Assembly: GCA_039679545.1 (NCBI GenBank)
Contig: JBDKUT010000054.1
Location: 1-28,679 of the forward strand
Direction of reading: 5' to 3'
Source: Thermotogota bacterium
Lineage (GTDB): Bacteria; Bipolaricaulota; Bipolaricaulia; UBA7950; UBA9294
DNA length: 28,679 nucleotides
The notes below the pieces were generated by a model. The model was not told the DNA's origin. It saw only the letters and a list, made by a program, of their open reading frames with translations, and did no database searches. The position numbers and the translations under genes are program-made. Every line of letters starts with the position of its first letter. The stretch's first letter is position 1. This document shows positions 19,419 to 26,999 of the stretch, piece after piece.

Positions 19419-19805
19419 TTACTGCTTCTTCGCGCCGCCCTGCTGCTTCGCGCCGTACTTCGAGCGGCCCTGGCGTCGTCCCTCGACGCCCTCCGAATCC
19501 AGGGTCCCTCGAATGATGTGGTACCGGACCCCCGGAAGGTCCTTGACGCGCCCTCCGCGCACCATGACCATCGAGTGTTCCTGAAGGTTGTGGCCTTCGC
19601 CTCCGATGTAGGAGGTGACTTCCTTTCCGTTGCTCAACCGCACACGCGCCACTTTCCGGAGAGCCGAGTTCGGCTTCTTCGGCGTTCGCGTGTAGACGCG
19701 AGTGCAAACCCCGCGCCGCTGCGGAGACGCCTCGAGCTGCGGCGCCTTGCTCTTCTTCGTCTTCGGCTTGCGTCCAAGTCGAATCAACTGATTGATCGTC
19801 GGCAT
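19419..19805 (-). CDS. rpsL: 30S ribosomal protein S12
   Basis: [38 protein letters not shown]. Confidence 0.98.
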   Translation of the reverse strand: MPTINQLIRLGRKPKTKKSKAPQLEASPQRRGVCTRVYTRTPKKPNSALRKVARVRLSNGKEVTSYIGGEGHNLQEHSMVMVRGGRVKDLPGVRYHIIRGTLDSEGVEGRRQGRSKYGAKQQGGAKKQ

Positions 19806-19832
19806 CTCCACTCCCTATCTGAATTGGGCCCG

Positions 19833-19861
19833 ATTATAAGTGGGCATCGGAACCCGTTCAA
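19833..19861 (-). promoter_or_regulatory. sigma70 promoter of the ribosomal super-operon (TTGAAC-N17-TATAAT) with GC-rich discriminator
   Basis: -35 at 19861-19856 (contains the rpoC TGA), 17-nt spacer, perfect -10 at 19838-19833, followed by CGGGCCC. Confidence 0.85.
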
Positions 19862-22800
19862 GTTTCCTCGGTCTTCGCCGGCTCGGCGTTCTCCTTCTTG
19901 CCCTTCGCCGCGGCGGCCGCCACGGCGGCCGCGAGTACGGACGGGAAGCCCGTTCCTGCGGGGATCCTCTTCCCGACAATGATGCTCGGCTTGAGGCCGT
20001 CGAGCTCGTCGGTTTCCCCACGCAACGCGGCCTCCGCCAGCACCTTCGTCGTCCTCTGGAACGACGCGGCCGACAGCCATCCCTTCGTCTGCAGCGCCGC
20101 CTTCGAGATGCGCAGCAGCTCTCGTTCTCCGTCCGGCAACCGCTTGTCGAGAACGGGGACCTCGACGGTCTCTCCGTCGCGGAGGACCCGGACGAGATCG
20201 AGTTCGGCGCGTTGCGCTGCGGCCATCAGCCCCGTCGAGAGCGCATCTCCCGCCGTGGCCAACGTCTTGCCCTCCGCCACGGCGTCTTCGGCCAGCGGTT
20301 GGCCGAGAGCCTCGGACCTCACCTGCTCGGCGTTCCGGTTCCACTCGGACAAGGCCTGAATCTCCTCCCGGAACTCCTCCAACGTGATGAGATCGCCGAG
20401 AAGGAACCGCGAATCCCCTCGGTCGACAATGCGCACGTTGTTCAGGATCTGCCGGATGATGACCTCGAGGTGCTTGTCGTTGATATCGACGCCCTGCTGC
20501 TTGTACACCTTGTGGATCTCGTTCAGGAGGTACTGCCGCGCCTTCTGAACGCCCGCCGCCTCGAGCAGCGTGTGCGGGGCCACAACACCCTTGGTCAACA
20601 GGTCGCCTTCCTCGATCTTGTCCCCCACGCGGACGGTTACGGCCTTGTCGATGGGAACGATGCTCTTTGGCTGAAGGCGAAGCTTCGTGACGCCGCCCTC
20701 GGCTTCGAGCGACTCGACCCGGACCCTTTCCGTGTGCGGAATCTCAAGCTGGACAATCAGGTCGCCCGCTCGCACAACCTCGCCGCTCCCCTTGAGCGCC
20801 GACACGTCGCTCGTGAGCGGGAAACGGATTGCCTGCCCCTTGGGGTTGTAGACAACGATCCGGTCGGGGAGCACGAGAACCGTGCCCTCCGCTTCGGCGG
20901 CCACAAAGATCGGCTTCGATTTTGACGTGATCTGCGTTCCTTCGTCGACCTTCGTTCCCGGCTCGACGAGAAGGCGGGCTCCATACGGGATGTCGTACTC
21001 GACCGGTTCTCCGTCGCCCGTTACGAGACGGAATGCACGCTCCTTGGTTTCGGACGCCTCGACCTTGCAGCGGCACGGGGCGACGATCGGATCCACGTTG
21101 AACCGCTCGGTGAGCGCGTCCCCCGCGGCGACCTTCTCGCCCGACTTGACCTTGGGCTCCGTGCCGGCCGGGAGTTCGTACGAACGGTCCCCGCCCGCGG
21201 TGTCGATCACGAGCAGTTCCCGCCGTCCCTTCTTGCCCTGCACGACGTAGACCTCGCCCTTGCAGGGACTGCGGGAGTCGATCAGCTCGTCGATGTCGAC
21301 CTCATCGTCCGCCTTCGCACGGACGAGGAGCGTCGGCACCTCGGCCGTTCTCGCTTCGCCGGTGATCTCGACTTGGTCTTCGCCGCTTGCCGTCGACGTG
21401 ATGTTGGTGACGTAGCCGTCGAGCGGGGAGATGCCCGCTTCGCCGCCTTTCGTCGTCTTGCGGGCTTCGAAGAGTTCCTCGGCGCGCGGCAGACCCTGGG
21501 TGATGTCTTCGCCGGCCACGCCTCCCGTGTGGAACGTCCGCATCGTAAGCTGGGTGCCCGGTTCACCGACCGACTGCGCCGCGATGACGCCGACCGCCAT
21601 GCCGATCTCGACCGGCTTGTGCTGACTCATGTCGAAGCCGTAGCACAGTTGGCACATGCCGTTGGCCGTCTCGCACGTCATCGGCGACCGAATCACAATC
21701 CTCGGACGGACGCGGATCTTGCGAATCCCCGCCTCCCGTAGGGCGTCGAGAAGCCGTGGGGTGACCGTCTCGTCCGCCTTCACGATGACACGCCCGGTCT
21801 TCGGCTCCTTGATCTCGAGCACACTCTTCGTGCCGATGAGCCTCTCCTCGTCCGCGCCGCGCGCGAACGACAGCTCACACTCCAGTCGCCCGATATGGTC
21901 CGCGATATCTCGGGTAATCCACTGGTTCGCGTCGGCCAAAACGTCGCCACTCGACGGGTCGACGATCGGCGCGGCGGCAACGCGACCGTAGATCCGGTCT
22001 TCGATCGGCTCCATGATCTCCGTCTTGCTGAACCGCAGGGGATCCACCTCGACGCCCTGCGACGTCCCGCAATCGATCTCGCAGATGATTGTGTCCGACG
22101 TAGCGTCGACAAGCCGGCGCGTGAGGTACCCGGAGTCGGCCGTCTTCAGCGCGGTATCGGCCGCTCCCTTTCGCCCGCCGTGCGTGGAGATGAAGTACTC
22201 CATCATGTCGAGCCCTTCTCGGAAGTTCGAGATGACGGGACGCTCGATGATCTCACCCGAAGGGCCGGCCATCGGGCCGCGCATGCCGCACAGCTGCTTG
22301 ACCTGATCCGGACCACCGCGCGCCCCGGACGTCACCATCCCGTACACGGGGTTGAACTTGTGGGCCCTCAGGTTGGTCATCGTCGCTTCCTCAACGGCAT
22401 CGACGGTGCGGCGCCAGATGTGGATCACGGCGTCGCCGCGCTCGTCGTTCGTGGCAAGCCCCATCTTGTACATCGTCTCGATGCGCTGAACCGCCGCCTG
22501 CGACTCGCGGATGATGTCGACCTTCTCCTCGGGGATCAGACAATCCTTGAGTGAGATCGTCAGTCCGGCGTAGGTGGCGAAGCGGAACCCGAGGTCCTTG
22601 AGGTCGTCGAGCACCTCCGCCGCCTTCTGCCAGCCGTACTCGAGGCAGCACTGCATGATGATCCGCTTCACGGTGCGGCGATCGACGACTCTCGTGTAGT
22701 CGCGAATGGCGGCCGGCAGGACGAGGTTCAGCTCCGCACGGCCGAGCGTCGTCTCGACGACCTTGCCGTCGATCCGGATCTTGACCGGGGCATGCAGGCT

Positions 22801-24831
22801 GAGGTAGCCCGTCTCGAACGCCCGGCGCGCCTCGTCCATGTCGCGGAACGCCTTCCCGGCTCCTTTGCCTTCCTCATCGGAGAGAGTCAGGAAGTAGTAG
22901 GCGTAGATCGGGTCCTGCGTCGGCACCGTCAGCGGCTCACCGCTCGATGGCGACAGGATGTTGCGCGGAGCCGCCATCAGTTCCCGCGCCTCCGCGATCG
23001 CCTCCGGCGAGAGCGGTAGATGCACGGCCATCTGGTCGCCGTCGAAGTCCGCGTTGTACGGAGGGCAGACGAACGGATGAATGTGGATCGCTTCCCCGTC
23101 GACGAGGATCGGCTCAAACGCCTGCATCGACAAGCGGTGCAACGTCGGGGCGCGATTCAAGAGGACGGGGTGCTGCTTGATCAGCTTGTCGAGGATGTCC
23201 CACACCTCGGGCATCTCGCCCATCAACGCCCGGTTCTTGATTTCGTCGAAGTCGGAGAACGTCGTCGTCTCGAGGTTGTGAAGGATAAACGGCTTGAACA
23301 GCTCCAGCGCCATCTTCTTCGGCAGGCCGCACTGATGGAGCTTGAGCTTCGGGTCAACCACGATGACCGCACGCCCCGAGTAGTCGACCCGGCGTCCGAG
23401 CAGGTTGCGGCGCAGGCGGCCGTGCTTCCCGTGGATTCGTTCCGAGAGCGACTTGAGCGGCCGGTTGTCCCGTCCGCGAATCGGACTTTCCTTCTTCTCG
23501 TTGTGGATCAGCGCATCCACGGCCTCCTGCAACATGCGGCGCTCGTTGCGCAGAATGACCTCCGGAGCCCCCATGTCGATGAGCTTCTTCAAGCGGTTGT
23601 TCCGATTGATGATGCGGCGGTAGAGGTCGTTCAGGTCGGTCGTCGCAAACTTGCCGCCTTCGAGTTGGATCATCGGGCGAAGATCCGGCGGGAGGACGGG
23701 AACAACCTCGAGGATCATGTCCTGTGCGTTGTTGCCCGACCCACGAAGCTGATCGACGACCTCAAGCCGCTTGGTGAGGCGGCGCTGGTTGCCGATCGCC
23801 GTCTCGCCGCTGATCTCCTCGACCAGGGACTCGTGCAGTTCGTCCAGATCCAGGACCTCGAGGAGGCCGCGGATCCCGGCCGCGCCGGTCTCGGCGGTGA
23901 ATCCGTCGGGGTAGATCCTCTCGTACGCGCGCTTCTCGAGGTACGTCAGGCGATCTCCGAGTGAGAGAGGGAAGGATGGATCCTTGATCCGCGTGATGAT
24001 GAACGCCAGTGTGTCGAGGATCTCGCGATCGAGGACCTCGCCCGTCACGGCGCCGTACCGATCGGCGAGCATCGCGTACGCCGTCTTGGAGCACAATTCG
24101 CCCACGGGACGTTCGGCAATGACGGTGTCCGGCTCGATATCGTCGCCGTCCTCGACCAGGAGGTCGACTTCCCCCACCATCGGGTACTCCTGGGACCCGA
24201 CGATCACCGTGCGGACCTTCTCCCCATTCGTGAGCTGCCGGTCCTCGATCGTGATGCGCCCGCCCTCTTCCGCCAGGACGCGAGGGGCCTCTTCGATGTA
24301 GTAGGCTTCCTCGACGTCAAACGAGAACGCATTCGCGAGCACCGAGTGCTCCTGCGAATACAGCAGTTCTCCAGGCCGGATCTCCTTCGAGTCCGACGAG
24401 GTCACAATGAAGAGCGCCTGTTCCATGGGCTCCGTCTCGTAGTACGCAATACGCTGAAGCTCGCGCTTTTTCAGGCCGAGGAGGCGGGAGAGGAGGCTTG
24501 AAACCCCCTTTAGAAACCAGAAGTGGACGACAGGGCTCGCCAACTGGATGTGTCCCATGTTGACGCGCCGCACCGACGAATCCGTGACGAGGACGTGGCA
24601 CTTCTCGCAGGTAATCCCTTCGTACTTCTTCCCCTTGTACTTGCCGCAAGCGCATTCGTAGTCGTTCGCGGGGCCGAAAATCTCTTCCGCGTACAGGCCG
24701 CCGCGCTCGGCGCGGTGGGTCCGGTAGTTGATCGTCTCGGACTCAGTCACTTCTCCATGCGACCAGCCCAGGATCGCTGCCGGCGGGGCCAACTGTAACT
24801 TGACGCGCTTGATGTCGTCGCCGGAAATCAC
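19858..24831 (-). CDS. rpoC: RNA polymerase beta' subunit with multiple insertions (1657 aa)
   Basis: Zinc ribbon [24 protein letters not shown], catalytic [41 protein letters not shown]. Confidence 0.98.
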   Translation of the reverse strand: MISGDDIKRVKLQLAPPAAILGWSHGEVTESETINYRTHRAERGGLYAEEIFGPANDYECACGKYKGKKYEGITCEKCHVLVTDSSVRRVNMGHIQLASPVVHFWFLKGVSSLLSRLLGLKKRELQRIAYYETEPMEQALFIVTSSDSKEIRPGELLYSQEHSVLANAFSFDVEEAYYIEEAPRVLAEEGGRITIEDRQLTNGEKVRTVIVGSQEYPMVGEVDLLVEDGDDIEPDTVIAERPVGELCSKTAYAMLADRYGAVTGEVLDREILDTLAFIITRIKDPSFPLSLGDRLTYLEKRAYERIYPDGFTAETGAAGIRGLLEVLDLDELHESLVEEISGETAIGNQRRLTKRLEVVDQLRGSGNNAQDMILEVVPVLPPDLRPMIQLEGGKFATTDLNDLYRRIINRNNRLKKLIDMGAPEVILRNERRMLQEAVDALIHNEKKESPIRGRDNRPLKSLSERIHGKHGRLRRNLLGRRVDYSGRAVIVVDPKLKLHQCGLPKKMALELFKPFILHNLETTTFSDFDEIKNRALMGEMPEVWDILDKLIKQHPVLLNRAPTLHRLSMQAFEPILVDGEAIHIHPFVCPPYNADFDGDQMAVHLPLSPEAIAEARELMAAPRNILSPSSGEPLTVPTQDPIYAYYFLTLSDEEGKGAGKAFRDMDEARRAFETGYLSLHAPVKIRIDGKVVETTLGRAELNLVLPAAIRDYTRVVDRRTVKRIIMQCCLEYGWQKAAEVLDDLKDLGFRFATYAGLTISLKDCLIPEEKVDIIRESQAAVQRIETMYKMGLATNDERGDAVIHIWRRTVDAVEEATMTNLRAHKFNPVYGMVTSGARGGPDQVKQLCGMRGPMAGPSGEIIERPVISNFREGLDMMEYFISTHGGRKGAADTALKTADSGYLTRRLVDATSDTIICEIDCGTSQGVEVDPLRFSKTEIMEPIEDRIYGRVAAAPIVDPSSGDVLADANQWITRDIADHIGRLECELSFARGADEERLIGTKSVLEIKEPKTGRVIVKADETVTPRLLDALREAGIRKIRVRPRIVIRSPMTCETANGMCQLCYGFDMSQHKPVEIGMAVGVIAAQSVGEPGTQLTMRTFHTGGVAGEDITQGLPRAEELFEARKTTKGGEAGISPLDGYVTNITSTASGEDQVEITGEARTAEVPTLLVRAKADDEVDIDELIDSRSPCKGEVYVVQGKKGRRELLVIDTAGGDRSYELPAGTEPKVKSGEKVAAGDALTERFNVDPIVAPCRCKVEASETKERAFRLVTGDGEPVEYDIPYGARLLVEPGTKVDEGTQITSKSKPIFVAAEAEGTVLVLPDRIVVYNPKGQAIRFPLTSDVSALKGSGEVVRAGDLIVQLEIPHTERVRVESLEAEGGVTKLRLQPKSIVPIDKAVTVRVGDKIEEGDLLTKGVVAPHTLLEAAGVQKARQYLLNEIHKVYKQQGVDINDKHLEVIIRQILNNVRIVDRGDSRFLLGDLITLEEFREEIQALSEWNRNAEQVRSEALGQPLAEDAVAEGKTLATAGDALSTGLMAAAQRAELDLVRVLRDGETVEVPVLDKRLPDGERELLRISKAALQTKGWLSAASFQRTTKVLAEAALRGETDELDGLKPSIIVGKRIPAGTGFPSVLAAAVAAAAAKGKKENAEPAKTEET

Positions 24832-24902
24832 TCTCGCCTCACCCCTCTTCGTCGCTCACGAGGCTCGCCCTGTCCGCTCCAGGAAAAGCCCATGACGTGC
24901 AG

Positions 24903-25157
24903 CTATGCGCCCGATACGTGCTCGCCCGCGGAGGGCGCCGCGTCGTCTCGACCCTTCGTACCGCCGCCGGTCCTCGTCCGACGGTAATCCGTAGAGTAGT
25001 ACCCGCTGCCCTTGTAGATCACGCCGATCCGAGGGAGAAGCCGGCTCGTCCGCCGACTTCCGCATCGCGGGCACTCGGCAAACTCTTGCTCAGCGCTATG
25101 TCGGAGAACCCGGAACTCGTTCTTGCAGCTGTCGCACTCGTATCGGTAAAAAGGCAT
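24903..25157 (-). CDS. FmdB-family (CxxC_CxxC_SSSS-like) zinc-ribbon protein, 84 aa
   Basis: MPFYRYECDSC...CPRCGS...IYKGSGYYSTDY matches the family pattern MP.Y.Y.C..C...CP.CG...FKGSG(F/W)Y.TD. G-rich SD-like sequence upstream. Confidence 0.88.
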   Translation of the reverse strand: MPFYRYECDSCKNEFRVLRHSAEQEFAECPRCGSRRTSRLLPRIGVIYKGSGYYSTDYRRTRTGGGTKGRDDAAPSAGEHVSGA

Positions 25158-25160
25158 AGA

Positions 25161-25262
25161 TACCCGCCCCTGAATTGGGTTCGCGGGGTAGACCACCATC
25201 TCTTCTCGGTTTCCGGGAGGCCACACCCTGCCACGGCAGGACGCCCTCCCGCTTCTCCAGGA
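25161..25262 (-). promoter_or_regulatory. Structured 5' leader of the zinc-ribbon/rpoC transcript
   Basis: Long hairpin at 25214-25251, an SD-covering stem 25161-25167/25183-25190, and an alternative pairing 25256-25261/25169-25174. Confidence 0.45.
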
Positions 25263-25270
25263 TTCGGTCG

Positions 25271-25298
25271 AGTATAGCCGCCGCCCGGCCCCTGTCAA
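25271..25298 (-). promoter_or_regulatory. sigma70 promoter TTGACA-N16-TATACT driving the zinc-ribbon gene and probably rpoC
   Basis: Perfect -35 at 25298-25293 (contains the upstream gene's TGA); -10 at 25276-25271. Confidence 0.8.
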
Positions 25299-26341
25299 GC
25301 CTGAACCGTCTGCCGCTCCACGCCCACCGTCGCCGGCACCCCAGTCAGCGCGCCGATCTCTTCGCAGGAAGAGAACGGAAGCGCGTTCACGAGGAGCGTC
25401 TCGTCCTCGTTCTCGAACCGGAAGTAGATCGGCACGGCGGCCGCCCGGCACGAACTTACGTGCGTCGCGGTGATTCGCGCGGCAAGCTCGATCACGCCCC
25501 GCTTCTCGGAGTCCGTCTTCGACGCCCAATCGGTTCGTACCAGCGCCATCGGCCCGTGCGGAGTGGAGTGGTAGACGCGGAGGTCTTGGGGAAGGAACAA
25601 GGTCTGTAGCTCGTGCTTCTCTTCCTCCGACAGGGCGATGACCACCTTCGTGTCCGAGTCGATCTTGTAGTAGAGCGCGAAATCCAGCAGCCTGAGCCCA
25701 TTCAGCGTGAACCCTTCCTCTTGGAAGAGGTTCGCCGCGCGCTCCCCGAACCCCGGCACGGTCAGTCTGCACCGGCACAGCGAGGAGAGCGAGTCACGTG
25801 GATCGAGGCCCAAGGCGCAGCCGAGCGTCGACACGGCAGCTTCCCCAAGCACAACGGTCCGCGAAGCTTCAAGCGACGCCCAATCCGCCAGATCCCGGGG
25901 CCTCCGGGACGCGTTGTGGCATAGCGGCCGCAGGACTCGCCCTTCGAGACCCAGGCATGCAGTCAGCTCGGCCAGGTCTTCCCGCTCAACCCCGTGACCC
26001 CCAATCCGGTCGCCCGTCACAAGGTAGTCGGCCTTGATCCGCTGCATGTACCGGGCCGCTCGCGCCAACTGGAGCGATCGGCAGTTCACGCACGCCCTGC
26101 GCAACGAGAATCCACCGGTCGGATCGATGAACCGGCGGTACTCCCTCTTCAGCGACTGGGTTCGGAAGGGCGAGCCCGCCCACTCCGCCTTCACGAACTC
26201 GCGAAGGTCATCCAGATCGGAAGCGAACGGAGAGCGAAAATGAATCAGCGAAACTGCCTCGACGGCCGGATGGTTCTCGACCAGCCTTGTTGCCGTGCGA
26301 CTCGCGAGACTCCCCGAGAACAGCGCCAGCACCCGCGTCAC
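25295..26341 (-). CDS. PP-loop tRNA-thiolase (ThiI/MnmA-like, DUF814-associated) homolog with degenerate motifs
   Basis: N-terminal LALFSGSLAS (cf. SGGLDS), CVNC (cf. CIDC), ADYLVTG, VLRPL, C.LT; 348 aa; GTG start. Confidence 0.65.
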   Translation of the reverse strand: MTRVLALFSGSLASRTATRLVENHPAVEAVSLIHFRSPFASDLDDLREFVKAEWAGSPFRTQSLKREYRRFIDPTGGFSLRRACVNCRSLQLARAARYMQRIKADYLVTGDRIGGHGVEREDLAELTACLGLEGRVLRPLCHNASRRPRDLADWASLEASRTVVLGEAAVSTLGCALGLDPRDSLSSLCRCRLTVPGFGERAANLFQEEGFTLNGLRLLDFALYYKIDSDTKVVIALSEEEKHELQTLFLPQDLRVYHSTPHGPMALVRTDWASKTDSEKRGVIELAARITATHVSSCRAAAVPIYFRFENEDETLLVNALPFSSCEEIGALTGVPATVGVERQTVQA

Positions 26342-26374
26342 GCGCTACCCAATCCCCCGTTCCCGCCTGCCCGT

Positions 26375-26905
26375 CTACCGCCGCGGCTCAATCAGCCCAT
26401 AGCTCCCATCCCGACGATGGTAAATGATCGCCACTTCGTCCGTTTCCGAATTGATGAAGACGAGGAATCCCTTCTCGATCGCGTCCAGCTGCATTGACGC
26501 TTCCTCGGGCGTCATCGGCTTGTAGAAGAATGTCTCCTTCCGAACGATCTTCCTCTCGCCGACGGCGGTCAACTCCGCCACGTCGGCCGATCGCGCCTCC
26601 CCGTGCTCCTTGACCTCATTCAGCTGGTCCTTGAACTTCACCAGCTGTCGGCGCAACCGCTCCACGGCCTTGTCGACCGACGCGTACATGTCGGTCGACT
26701 CCTCCCGCGCCGTGATCACTTTCTTGTTGACGAGGTGGGCGTGGAAATCCGCGATCTGCCGTTCCTTTTCCACCGACAGAATAACATCCACGCTGATGAT
26801 TCGATCGAAGAACCGTTCCAGCGACTCGGCCTTCTCGACGACGTACGAACGCAGTGCTTCGCTCGACCCCGCGCCGGTGTGTCGCTCCGCGATCTTGATC
26901 TTCAT
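26375..26905 (-). CDS. hpf: Ribosome hibernation promoting factor, long HPF (RaiA + S30AE_C), 176 aa
   Basis: SEALRSYVVEK, DMYASVDKAVERLRRQLVKFKD, and C-domain KPMTPEEASMQL...FLVFIN...IYHRRDGSYGLIEP; SD GGAAGGGGG. Confidence 0.94.
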   Translation of the reverse strand: MKIKIAERHTGAGSSEALRSYVVEKAESLERFFDRIISVDVILSVEKERQIADFHAHLVNKKVITAREESTDMYASVDKAVERLRRQLVKFKDQLNEVKEHGEARSADVAELTAVGERKIVRKETFFYKPMTPEEASMQLDAIEKGFLVFINSETDEVAIIYHRRDGSYGLIEPRR

Positions 26906-26924
26906 CGGCCCCCCTTCCAACGAG

Positions 26925-26953
26925 ATTATACCAGAAAAGCAGATAACCGTCAA
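26925..26953 (-). promoter_or_regulatory. Strong sigma70 promoter of hpf (TTGACG-N17-TATAAT, extended -10 TG)
   Basis: -35 at 26953-26948; TGG immediately before TATAAT at 26930-26925. Confidence 0.85.
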
Positions 26954-26999
26954 CGGGTATGCGTTTCCGGGAACAACTGGGAAGGTTGATGGGGCGCGG

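Noticed and set aside
19500..19700. Streptomycin-resistance changes in S12
   Set aside because: TPKKPNS and RVKDLPG are wild-type.
19858..24831. Intein or frameshift as the reason for the long rpoC
   Set aside because: The ORF is continuous; the insertions show no intein splice or LAGLIDADG motifs and look like repeats of RNAP's own modules.
25165..25262. Resemblance of the leader to a glycine riboswitch (CUGGAGA...CCGA...UCAGG) or to SRP/6S RNA
   Set aside because: The CCGAAG and CUCUCAGG cores are not matched, there is no SRP GGAA-loop domain, it is too short for 6S, and the gene context does not fit.
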